DNA of 46,660 nt, taken from positions 1-46,660 of IMG/VR virus record IMGVR_UViG_3300005713_000001. The stretch is one strand, 5' to 3'. Under the pieces are notes generated by a model. It saw only the letters and a list, made by a program, of their open reading frames with translations. It searched no databases and had not been told where the DNA came from. How positions within the stretch are numbered: position 1 is the first letter of the stretch; each line of letters begins with the position of its first letter. Position numbers and translations under genes: made by a program. This stretch comes from a virus (lineage: Duplodnaviria > Caudoviricetes). Of this stretch, positions 9,423-16,801 are shown one piece after another.

Positions 9423-9491
9423 TTGATTCCGAGATGCTGACAATCAACGCGGGATCACGGCTATTTTTGATTTCGAGATGCGCGGAATCAA
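9423..9491. repeat. Two tandem palindromic elements TTGATT-N13-AATCAA (44-bp period)
   Basis: 9423-9447 and 9467-9491; both contain the internal CGAGATGC. Confidence 0.75.
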
Positions 9492-9601
9492 AACAGAGCT
9501 AGCCTGTTTGTCGGTGGTAATGCAATTGACGCAAGTACTCGGGCGGGGTGCTCGGGGGCTGTAGTCGCGTCGTCGCAACGCCACACAGGAGTAGTCAGAT
9601 C

Positions 9602-9796
9602 ATGTGCAGTGGAAAGCAGGGCGCGTTCGAGCGTGCGGTCGAGCTCGACGACGTGAATGTGCAAGTCGCCGCTATCGCGTACGCGTGTCTTGGGATCGAT
9701 GCTCACCGCGACGGCGAGCACGTTGTGAGCGTGACGGCGGTTCGCACCGCGCTCGCGCTCGCGTTCCGAGCGGGGCTCGTCGAGGGGCAGAAATGA
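9602..9796 (+). CDS. Small protein resembling DUF6900
   Basis: CAGGAG RBS; IAYACLGID...VSVTAVRTALALAFRAG. Confidence 0.55.
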   Translation: MCSGKQGAFERAVELDDVNVQVAAIAYACLGIDAHRDGEHVVSVTAVRTALALAFRAGLVEGQK

Positions 9797-9939
9797 TCTA
9801 CCTCGCCAAGCTCGCCACCTTGATTCGAGATACCGCAAATTCGGTGCACGGTGCGATCGCGTGGTATCTGGTGATGTGCGCCTCACTCCCAGACGACCGA
9901 AAAAACGACGACGCAAGTCGACGCGGGCCCGCAAGGTGA
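9793..9939 (+). CDS. 48-aa hypothetical peptide
   Basis: ATGA/GTGA-coupled to both neighbours. Confidence 0.45.
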   Translation: MIYLAKLATLIRDTANSVHGAIAWYLVMCASLPDDRKNDDASRRGPAR

Positions 9940-10136
9940 CGCCACCCGGACGCGGCGGCGCGGGCCGCGGGCAAGGTCGCAAGCCGGGCCCGCCGAGTGC
10001 TCGACGCACCAAGGTTGTGCTCGTGCGCTACACCGAGGCCGAGTACGCCGAGCTCGAGGCCGAGGCCGAGGCCGAGGGCATCACTGTCGCCGAGCTCGTG
10101 CGAGCTCGCGAGCGTGCCTACGCCGCCGCGAAGTGA
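9936..10136 (+). CDS. Ribbon-helix-helix (CopG/MobC-like) DNA-binding protein
   Basis: RGGAGRGQGRKP arm, beta strand KVVLVRYTEAEY, then AEAEGITVAELVR. Confidence 0.75.
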   Translation: MTPPGRGGAGRGQGRKPGPPSARRTKVVLVRYTEAEYAELEAEAEAEGITVAELVRARERAYAAAK

Positions 10137-10197
10137 GGTACGCTAGGGGCGTTCTCACCTTCCTGTGTTGGGGCACTGTGTGACCTGATCGCCAAGC

Positions 10198-10237
10198 CGG
10201 CCCGCCCGTGTGCATGCACGGGCGGGCCGTTTCTATT
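10198..10237 (+). terminator. Intrinsic terminator between convergent genes
   Basis: 13-bp perfect stem CGGCCCGCCCGTG / CACGGGCGGGCCG followed by TTTCTATT. Confidence 0.8.
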
Positions 10238-10464
10238 CAGTGGCCATCGGCATGCGAAGCGCCCGACCGCGCGTTGTTGTCGAGCCGATGTGCCCTGCAC
10301 CGCGAGCGCTCGGGCTCGGCCGTGCTTGTGCACTCGGTGCAGATACCCGCCGTACGCTTGCGAGCTCGTCGCGCACGCTGCACGGCGGCCTTGCGAGCAC
10401 GGCACGCCTTGCAACGCGTCGGGCGGTGTCTGCACGCGTCGCATTGGTAGCCCGGTCCAGACAT
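10237..10464 (-). CDS. Small Cys-rich zinc-finger-like protein
   Basis: CDAC..CKAC..CTEC..CRAH. Confidence 0.6.
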   Translation of the reverse strand: MSGPGYQCDACRHRPTRCKACRARKAAVQRARRARKRTAGICTECTSTAEPERSRCRAHRLDNNARSGASHADGH

Positions 10465-10479
10465 GCGCTCGTTGTCGCA

Positions 10480-10522
10480 CGGTACCGATCCCGCGCCAAA
10501 CGGTACCGACGGCGGTACCGAC
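10480..10522. promoter_or_regulatory. Integrase arm-type sites, left arm (3 x CGGTACCGAY)
   Basis: 10480-10489, 10501-10510, 10513-10522; flank the tRNA-like core. Confidence 0.75.
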
Positions 10523-10570
10523 GGGGTTTTGAGGCCCCTCGAACGCTCACCTAACCCCGCGAGATCCTTT

Positions 10571-10616
10571 GCGCGCCCAAAGGGATTTGAACCCCTGACC
10601 CTCGGATCCGAAGTCC
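10571..10616 (-). other. attP: attP core: 3' half of tRNA-Arg (anticodon TCG)
   Basis: Minus strand reads GGA CT-TCG-GA TCCGA GGGTC AGGGG-TTCAAAT-CCCTT TGGGCGC G (anticodon loop, T-arm, acceptor 3' strand); no D-arm or 5' acceptor strand; adjacent to the integrase. Confidence 0.9.
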
Positions 10617-10712
10617 TCTTGACGCGAAAACCGAGGGCCAACACAATGACTCGCACGCGGGATAAATAGCCAAGACACATCAGATTTATCGCGCCGAGAG
10701 GATATCGCACAT

Positions 10713-12044
10713 ATGACACTAGCGGACGTGATTCGACTGCGCCTCGGTACCGACAACAGTACCGAAACCGCCCGCAAGCCCAAGGCCGCGCGCGTGCGCC
10801 GCAACCCGTACCGCGGGATCACTTTGCTGGCGCCCGACGCCGAACACCCGAGCTGGCGCGCCCGCTACCGCGATCCCGAGGGGCCCGGCATGCGCGTTGA
10901 AACCATCCCCGAGGCCGCCGCCAAAACGGTCGACACACGCCGCGATTGGGCGATCGACAAGCGACGCACGGTCGAGCTGCGCCGCGCCGAGATTGCCGGC
11001 GGGGCCGCACCGCACGCCGCCGCCGACATGAAACTCGACGCGGCGATCGCCAAGTACTTCGAAGATTGGGGCCGCGGTAAGCGACCGCGCACGATCGCCG
11101 ACTACCGCCGCACGTGTGACCTGTTTCTAGATTGGGCAAAGACCGTCGACTTGCGCACGTGCCGCCAGCTCACCAAAGCGCATCTCGCGTCGTTCGCCGC
11201 GGCTCGCACGCGCGCACCCAAGCTCGCGGGCGCAACCAAGCGGCGAGGCAAGCGCACCAAGTCGACCGGCGAGCCGCGGTCGCTCGTCTCGGTCAACCGC
11301 GAGCTGCGGGATCTCTCGTCGGTGCTAAACACCCTGCGCGACATGGATCTGATCCGCCTCGGCGCCGAGGATATCGGCGCGGGTTTGAAACGGCACAAAA
11401 CCGAAACCGAGCTCGGCGAGTACCTACGGCCCGCGCAGCTGCGCGCGCTGATCGTCGCCGCTCGAAAGCACGACGCCGAGCTATTCACTGTGACGCGCAA
11501 GCGTCGGCGTCGCCGCGACGTGCAACCGCCGCGCTACACGCCCGTGTTGCCCGTGATCCTGTTTTTCCTGCTCGCCGGCACGCGCGTAAAAGAGGGCCTC
11601 GCAATCGAATGGCCCGACGTCGACCTCGACGCCGGCGAGATCACCGTGCGAGCGCGCACCGCGAAAACCAAGCGGGCTCGCGTGATCAAGCTAGACATAA
11701 CGCCCGTGCTCGCCGCCATGCTCGCCCGCGCGAGCTCGGCAACGGGCCTCGTGCTCGACCGCACGGTCGCCGAGCTCGACGCCGCTCGCGCACGCCTCGT
11801 CGACGACTACAACGCGCCGGCGTTCACGTATCAAATGTTGCGCCGCACGTGCGGCACGTACTTGACGTGCGCACCCTCGATCTACGGCGCGGCCTCGGCG
11901 TACATGAGCGCGCGGCGCCTTGGGCACTCGGTCACGATCGCCGAAAAACACTACGTCGGCGTCGTGACGATCTCGCCCGACGCCCGCGCGCTCGAGGCCG
12001 CGTTGCAGCTCGACGTCACGGTCGAGTCGTGCCCTCGTCTGTAA
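10713..12044 (+). CDS. int: Tyrosine integrase
   Basis: GTRVKE (R), TAKTK (K), QMLRR (HxxR variant), LGHS, HY; SAM-like core-binding region; next to attP. Confidence 0.93.
   Translation: MTLADVIRLRLGTDNSTETARKPKAARVRRNPYRGITLLAPDAEHPSWRARYRDPEGPGMRVETIPEAAAKTVDTRRDWAIDKRRTVELRRAEIAGGAAPHAAADMKLDAAIAKYFEDWGRGKRPRTIADYRRTCDLFLDWAKTVDLRTCRQLTKAHLASFAAARTRAPKLAGATKRRGKRTKSTGEPRSLVSVNRELRDLSSVLNTLRDMDLIRLGAEDIGAGLKRHKTETELGEYLRPAQLRALIVAARKHDAELFTVTRKRRRRRDVQPPRYTPVLPVILFFLLAGTRVKEGLAIEWPDVDLDAGEITVRARTAKTKRARVIKLDITPVLAAMLARASSATGLVLDRTVAELDAARARLVDDYNAPAFTYQMLRRTCGTYLTCAPSIYGAASAYMSARRLGHSVTIAEKHYVGVVTISPDARALEAALQLDVTVESCPRL
10745..10766. promoter_or_regulatory. Integrase arm-type sites, right arm, inside the 5' end of int
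   Basis: CGGTACCGAC 10745-10754 and CAGTACCGAA 10757-10766; same 12-bp spacing as the left-arm pair. Confidence 0.7.
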
Positions 12045-12427
12045 GCTTGGCAAAAAATCGATTCAAACGCGGCGGCGAGGCCACACACGATCGGGTGCTT
12101 GCGCAACGCGGCGACGCGGGCGGCATCGGTGTGTTGCGCGGGCGTCGTCGGCCATGGCATGTCGGGCTCGGCTACCGCGCGCTCGATCAGGCCCTCGAGC
12201 ACACGCGCCGATGGCCGCCACTCGCCCGGATCGGCGTCATGCAGCTCGCGCACGTACTCGTCGCGCAACGTGTACGCAAAGAAATGGCCGCGGACAGATC
12301 GTACGTATACGTGCACATTTTGGGTCAACAGGTCTCGCTCGCACGTGATAGTCGCCGACTCGGCCACAAGCGGCCGCAACGAGTCGCTGATCGCGGTGAA
12401 TAGCAAGCGCTCAAATGTGAGTTGCAT
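11951..12427 (-). CDS. Hypothetical protein convergently overlapping int
   Basis: 158 aa ORF; TAGAGT 7 nt upstream of the ATG. Confidence 0.6.
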   Translation of the reverse strand: MQLTFERLLFTAISDSLRPLVAESATITCERDLLTQNVHVYVRSVRGHFFAYTLRDEYVRELHDADPGEWRPSARVLEGLIERAVAEPDMPWPTTPAQHTDAARVAALRKHPIVCGLAAAFESIFCQAYRRGHDSTVTSSCNAASSARASGEIVTTPT

Positions 12428-12440
12428 GGCGGCAACTCTA

Positions 12441-12665
12441 TCACGCTCGCGCGGTTCCCTCGGCTATAACGCGCGCGAGCTCGGTTTCAGACACACGCCA
12501 CACGCCGCGCCCGTGACCGATCTTGACGGCCCGTACTTGGCCTCGGTCGATCATGCGGCGTAGCGTGCGCGCGCAAATGCCGAGGCGAGCGCACGCCTCG
12601 CTCGCCGGCACGAGGCGGTCGAGTTCGGCGCGGCTCGGCTCACGGATCCGCTTAGCGGCATTCAT
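12441..12665 (-). CDS. xis: Excisionase (MerR-type HTH_17)
   Basis: LVPASEACARLGICARTLRRMIDRGQVRAVKIG..WRVSETEL. Confidence 0.85.
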   Translation of the reverse strand: MNAAKRIREPSRAELDRLVPASEACARLGICARTLRRMIDRGQVRAVKIGHGRGVWRVSETELARVIAEGTARA

Positions 12666-12931
12666 TCGAAAACCTCATACAAGTGCAACACGAGCGGCGG
12701 ATCTTCCTGGATTTGCACCGTAGCCACGTGGCCCCGCGCGTTGCGGATCTCGTGACCCGTGCCGAACCATTCAAGGCGCCAGATCCGTTTGTCGTTGCTC
12801 GGCGTGACCTCGGCCCATAAGACGGGCACACCTCGCTGTAGCTGGCACGCCAAGAGCTGCGCGCCAAACGGTACGGCGAGATCAAAGCGAGCGGGCAACA
12901 GTGGCAGTGTGTACTTGCAGATCATTTTCAC
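12662..12931 (-). CDS. Conserved phage hypothetical protein
   Basis: ICKYTL..P.GAQLL..QLQ..P.LWAEV..FGTGH..LVLHLYE pattern, seen in many phages. Confidence 0.7.
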   Translation of the reverse strand: MKMICKYTLPLLPARFDLAVPFGAQLLACQLQRGVPVLWAEVTPSNDKRIWRLEWFGTGHEIRNARGHVATVQIQEDPPLVLHLYEVFE

Positions 12932-13131
12932 GGTCGCACGCCTTTCCACAGCTCGAGGGGCAACACGGCCGACGGCCCGACCGTGCACCACGTCACCGCG
13001 TTGTGTCGCACGATCACCTCGCCCGCGAGCGTGACGTCATCGATCTCGCCAACGACACCGCACTTGGTGCACCGCACGCGGTACCCGATGTGCTCGGGCC
13101 CGATTGGCGTGTTGCTCGGCGTCGTCGTCAT
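12928..13131 (-). CDS. Hypothetical protein (CxxC)
   Basis: MTTTPSNTPIG..CTKCG; translationally coupled. Confidence 0.6.
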   Translation of the reverse strand: MTTTPSNTPIGPEHIGYRVRCTKCGVVGEIDDVTLAGEVIVRHNAVTWCTVGPSAVLPLELWKGVRP

Positions 13132-13565
13132 TGGGCCCCGCACTTGGCACACAGCTCGTTGCCGTACGGCAGCTCGGCGCCACATCCGCGACACGTGAAA
13201 AACAACGACGGCGGCCCCTGCACATAGCGCGCGGTGAAACCGCACTCGGCGCGGCCGCACGTCACCTTGCCGTCGATCGCGTAGTCGCCGCATGACGGGC
13301 ACCGCCGGCGCACGTGCTCGGCGCGCTCGCCCGTCACCGCGACGAGTGCCTCGGCGAACCGAGCCGCGTCCGACACGGCCGCGCGATACTCGGCCGACCA
13401 AGTCGCCGCCGTTTGCCCGGGCCGATGCGCGGCGAGGATCCGCTCGCGCAGCTCGCGCGGCAGCATGTACCAATGTTCCTTGCAACCCCAAAGCCGCACG
13501 GGCACGGCGCGCGTGCAACCGGGCCACGCGCAGCAATGCACCGCCGACTTGTCGAGGCCCGTCAC
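13128..13565 (-). CDS. Multi-zinc-finger hypothetical protein
   Basis: HCCAWPGC..CKEHW..LP, CPSC..C..C, CRGC..CAKC; GTG start. Confidence 0.7.
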   Translation of the reverse strand: MTGLDKSAVHCCAWPGCTRAVPVRLWGCKEHWYMLPRELRERILAAHRPGQTAATWSAEYRAAVSDAARFAEALVAVTGERAEHVRRRCPSCGDYAIDGKVTCGRAECGFTARYVQGPPSLFFTCRGCGAELPYGNELCAKCGAQ

Positions 13566-13798
13566 GGGAGATCCTCCCGCTCGGCGAGCCACGCCGTGAT
13601 CACGAGCTTGCCCGACTGATCGTCGGCGAATACCTCCGAGTCGTCGGTGATTTGAGACTTGGGGATCCAGATCTGGCGCTTGCCGATTTGGCACAACACC
13701 GCGTTGGCCGACTCGCCGATCGATACGACGCCGTCGATCGTCACATCTTCGGCGTCGTCGCCACGCCGGCGATCCTCGTCTCGAAAACCTCGGGTCAT
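13562..13798 (-). CDS. Conserved small phage protein (WIPKSQI family)
   Basis: ESANAVL..QIWIPKSQI..LVITAWLAE; GGAGG RBS. Confidence 0.75.
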   Translation of the reverse strand: MTRGFRDEDRRRGDDAEDVTIDGVVSIGESANAVLCQIGKRQIWIPKSQITDDSEVFADDQSGKLVITAWLAEREDLP

Positions 13799-13965
13799 AC
13801 CTTGCCTCCGATCGCGCGGCGACTCACCTCGAGCTCGAGGCCGCACCATGGGCAAAAGAGCACGATCACACTCACCATGCGCCAACGGTAGGCATCGCGG
13901 CCCGGCAACTTTTGCGCCTTGAGATACAGGCTCGCGTTCCTGCAACACTCGTGCTTGACGCTCAC
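13795..13965 (-). CDS. 56-aa Zn-ribbon protein (not in the ORF track)
   Basis: VSVKHECC...FCPWCGLEL; coupled to both neighbours. Confidence 0.6.
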   Translation of the reverse strand: MSVKHECCRNASLYLKAQKLPGRDAYRWRMVSVIVLFCPWCGLELEVSRRAIGGKV

Positions 13966-15170
13966 AGCTCACCTCGCATGCGCTCGATCAGCGCGGTGTT
14001 GCGTGTTGGCGGCTTGGCGTCCGACAACGCGCGTCGCAAGCCTTTCTCGTCGCCGATCAGCACGACGCCTTTTTTGGCGCGCGTGATCGCCGTGTACACG
14101 AGCTGTCGACTCAGAATGTACGAGTGCGTCGAGTGCACGACGCACACCACCCAAGGAAACTCGGATCCTTGCGAGCGGTGCACGGTGAGCGCATACGCGA
14201 GCTGCAGCGCGTTGGCTTGCTCGAGGCTGTACGTCACTACCTCACGGCCCGCGAGCGCGACGTCGACCTTGCCGCCGGCGATGCCCGTGATCTCGCCGAC
14301 CTCGCCATTGAACACGCCGAGGCTGTAATCGTTTTTGGTTTGGATCACGCGATCGCCGACACGCAGCTCGATCCGGTCGTCGTCGTCGTCGCGGCCGCGT
14401 TGAATGAACGGCGCACCCTCGCCGCGCGGGTTGAGGGCCTCTTGCAACATGCGGTTGGCGGCGACGATCCCGGCGACGCCCGGGCGTTGGGGGATCAGCG
14501 TTTGCACGTCGAGGCCGACGTATTGCGGGATCCACTCGCACACGACGCGACGCACTTGGCCGAGCAAGTCGTCGGCACGCTCGGCCTCGATCCATAGGAA
14601 ATCGCGCGCGGGCTTGAGCTCGGGCATGTCGCCGGCGAGCACGCGCGGCGCGTTCTTGCACACCCACGACTCGAGCGCGGCGCGGTGCAGCGTTTGAAGC
14701 CGCACAGTCGGCACGTCGCCCGAGTCGACGAGATCACCGAACACTCGGCCCGGGCCAACCGGCGGCAACTGATCGGCGTCACCGATCAGGATCAACCGAG
14801 TGTTCTCGGCTATCGCGTCGCCAAGGTGACGCATGAGCTCGACGTCGATCATGCTCGACTCGTCGATCACGACGACGTCGGCGTCGATCGGGTTGAGCGG
14901 GTTACGCACCCAACCGTTACGCGGCGAGTACTCGAGCAAGCGGTGTATCGTTTGCGCTTGCCGGCCCGTCGTCTCGTTCACACGCTTGGCGGCTTTGCCC
15001 GTCGGTGCCGCGAGCGCGTACCGCTCGCCGCGCGCATCCATCCGATCGAGCGCGAAGCGCAAGCACGTCGACTTGCCCGTGCCCGGCCCGCCCGTGACGA
15101 TACCGAGCGGCGCCGAGCACGTGAGCTCGACCGCGTGCAGCTGCGACGGATCGAGCTCGATTGCCGTCAC
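13962..15170 (-). CDS. recD2: RecD2-like SF1B helicase, motor (C-terminal) half
   Basis: TGGPGTGKS, TIHRLL, IDESSM, GDADQLPPVGPG, VGDRVIQTKN, AYALTVHRSQGSEF, YTAITRAK; GTG start with GAGG RBS. Confidence 0.92.
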   Translation of the reverse strand: MTAIELDPSQLHAVELTCSAPLGIVTGGPGTGKSTCLRFALDRMDARGERYALAAPTGKAAKRVNETTGRQAQTIHRLLEYSPRNGWVRNPLNPIDADVVVIDESSMIDVELMRHLGDAIAENTRLILIGDADQLPPVGPGRVFGDLVDSGDVPTVRLQTLHRAALESWVCKNAPRVLAGDMPELKPARDFLWIEAERADDLLGQVRRVVCEWIPQYVGLDVQTLIPQRPGVAGIVAANRMLQEALNPRGEGAPFIQRGRDDDDDRIELRVGDRVIQTKNDYSLGVFNGEVGEITGIAGGKVDVALAGREVVTYSLEQANALQLAYALTVHRSQGSEFPWVVCVVHSTHSYILSRQLVYTAITRAKKGVVLIGDEKGLRRALSDAKPPTRNTALIERMRGEL

Positions 15171-15436
15171 AGTTCCTCCCGCACGCGCCGCTCGAGGTTG
15201 ATCGCCCAAACCGCACGGCGATCGTCGTCGTAGCCTGCGACCGCGGCCTCGAGCTTGAACACGTGATTGCCATGGTCCCAAGCAACGGGGTTTTCCCCGC
15301 ACTGGTCGAGCCACACGTCGAGGGCCTCGTGTGCCGTGAGGCGTGCTCGAGCGTCAACCGACCCGTCGCCGTTGATCCGGATCTGGTCCGTTGGGCCCTC
15401 GACCGCGACGCCCACAAACTTGTCCTCGTTGCTCAT
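15167..15436 (-). CDS. Hypothetical protein inserted between the RecD2 halves
   Basis: MSNEDKFVGVAVEGP...; ATGA/GTGA coupling. Confidence 0.6.
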   Translation of the reverse strand: MSNEDKFVGVAVEGPTDQIRINGDGSVDARARLTAHEALDVWLDQCGENPVAWDHGNHVFKLEAAVAGYDDDRRAVWAINLERRVREEL

Positions 15437-15609
15437 TGGTCGGCCATCGCCGCGCGCACTGCCGCGTCCTTGCCCTCGAGCAACTTGCGCAACGCGACCG
15501 TACGCTCGGCTGAGCGCGGCAAATGCATCACGCGGATCGCTACCTCGGCGAACCAGCACGACACCTCGGCAAGATTGAGCGGCAAGTGCGCGTAAGCGAA
15601 ATACCGCAT
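15433..15609 (-). CDS. Helical-hairpin phage protein, possibly Acb2/Tad1-like; 5' end probably displaced by a +1 insertion at 15631
   Basis: MRYFAYAHLPLNLAEVSCWFAEVAIRVMHLPRSAERTVALRKLLEGKDAAVRAAMADQ matches a widespread phage family (FxYxHLP...ERTVALRKLLExKDxAVRA). Confidence 0.7.
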   Translation of the reverse strand: MRYFAYAHLPLNLAEVSCWFAEVAIRVMHLPRSAERTVALRKLLEGKDAAVRAAMADQ

Positions 15610-15699
15610 GATCGGCTCGTGCGCCGCGAGTCTCGGCTACGCGCGCGGTTTCGAACACGGCTTGCATCGCAAAACCCTCTGATTTCTCATCCATCCCCG

Positions 15700-16644
15700 T
15701 CACCCTTTCGCTTGGCGTCGTGACGCCAGATCAATCACCTCGGCCGAGCGCACGCGCGCGAGCATGGCGCGCAAGCGCAAGGCGCACGATTCCTCGGCCT
15801 CGTCGAGTCGCCGCGGGTAGTACCGGGCTTGGTGCTTGGCGATCCGGCGATCGCCAAGCGCGGCGCGGATCCCGGCGGCGACGAGCTCGGGCGCGACGTC
15901 GAGCAACTTGGCGGCCTCGCGCTGCAACGCCTTGCCCCACATGAAGCAATCGCCGCCGCCGGCGGCTTGCTCGAGGGTGTGCTCGATCCCGGCGACGATT
16001 CGCTCGGGTGCGTCGTGCGGCAAGCCCGCGCGCTTGGCGACGAGGTCGGCGCGCTTGAATCCGAACCCATAGACGTACTGACAAAGCTCGTACGGGTTGG
16101 CGTGCACGTGCTCGACGATCACCGCCGGCGATCCCCACACTTCACGGCACCGTGCGATCTGGTTGTCGGTGAGGCCCCAACCGCGCAACGTGATCATGTG
16201 ATCGCGCTCGGCGCGGTGCTCGTAGTACGCGTGACAGATTTCCTCGATCCGCGCCGCCGTGATCCCGTCGACCTTGGCGAGCTCGTGCGGGCGTTGCTCG
16301 ATCACATCCCATAGGCCCGGACCGAATCGATCGACGAGGGCTTGCGCACGCCCGGGCCCGACGCTCGGCAAGGTCGAGGCGAGCCACGCGACGATCCCCT
16401 CGCTCGACTCGGGCCGCGCGACCGTGCACGTGCGCACCTTGAATTGCCGCCCGTACCGATCGTGCTCGGTCCAAGTGCCTTGCAGCTCGACCGTGTCACC
16501 GACGCGCGCGAGTAGCTTGCCCGTGAACGGCACAAGCCCGTCGACCGTGCGCATTTGGCCGACGCCCCAACCGTCACCCGTGAGCGAGCGCCACGCGGTG
16601 ACCTCGCCTTTCACTGTCACGATCTCGTGTCTGACTGCAGGCAT
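15700..16644 (-). CDS. recD2: RecD2 N-terminal half (OB-fold plus HhH domains) as a stand-alone gene
   Basis: GTWTEHDRYGRQFKV, PSVGPGRAQALVDRFG, NPYEL..VYGFGFKRADLVA, ERIVAGIEHTL; no Walker motifs. Confidence 0.88.
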   Translation of the reverse strand: MPAVRHEIVTVKGEVTAWRSLTGDGWGVGQMRTVDGLVPFTGKLLARVGDTVELQGTWTEHDRYGRQFKVRTCTVARPESSEGIVAWLASTLPSVGPGRAQALVDRFGPGLWDVIEQRPHELAKVDGITAARIEEICHAYYEHRAERDHMITLRGWGLTDNQIARCREVWGSPAVIVEHVHANPYELCQYVYGFGFKRADLVAKRAGLPHDAPERIVAGIEHTLEQAAGGGDCFMWGKALQREAAKLLDVAPELVAAGIRAALGDRRIAKHQARYYPRRLDEAEESCALRLRAMLARVRSAEVIDLASRRQAKG

Positions 16645-16657
16645 GCGGTTACCCCTT

Positions 16658-16786
16658 GGGCCCCGTTGGGGCCCGGCACCCGAGCGCGAGTCGAGGGGCT
16701 ATCCCGTGCGCGTGCCATGGCCTACGACCGTTAGACCAATGGAGGATCCGTGCGCGCGCGCGAGCAACGACGAGGCTCGGGTGCCG
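16658..16786 (-). ncRNA. Candidate structured intergenic RNA element
   Basis: 12-bp perfect inverted repeat 16674-16685 / 16775-16786 enclosing an internal hairpin, plus a GGGCCCC/GGGGCCC hairpin before the RBS. Confidence 0.4.
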
Positions 16787-16801
16787 AACTTTTGTTGTGC
16801 G

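Noticed and set aside
10571-10640. Complete tRNA-Arg gene
   Set aside because: Only the anticodon loop through the acceptor 3' strand is present; there is no D-arm or 5' acceptor strand, so it is treated as the attP core
15655-15690. Stop-codon reassignment (TAG read-through in the frame upstream of MRYFAY)
   Set aside because: TAG terminates many coupled genes normally elsewhere, there is no suppressor tRNA, and a single-base insertion explains the locus better
15167-15703. 178-aa track ORF as a genuine single protein
   Set aside because: Its middle is the off-frame reading of the FAYAHLP-family gene; it is probably produced by the extra base at 15631
16715-16750. tRNA-like D-arm sequence (CCATTGGTCTAACGGT, minus strand)
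   Set aside because: No T-arm or cloverleaf can be built; kept only as part of the structured RNA candidate
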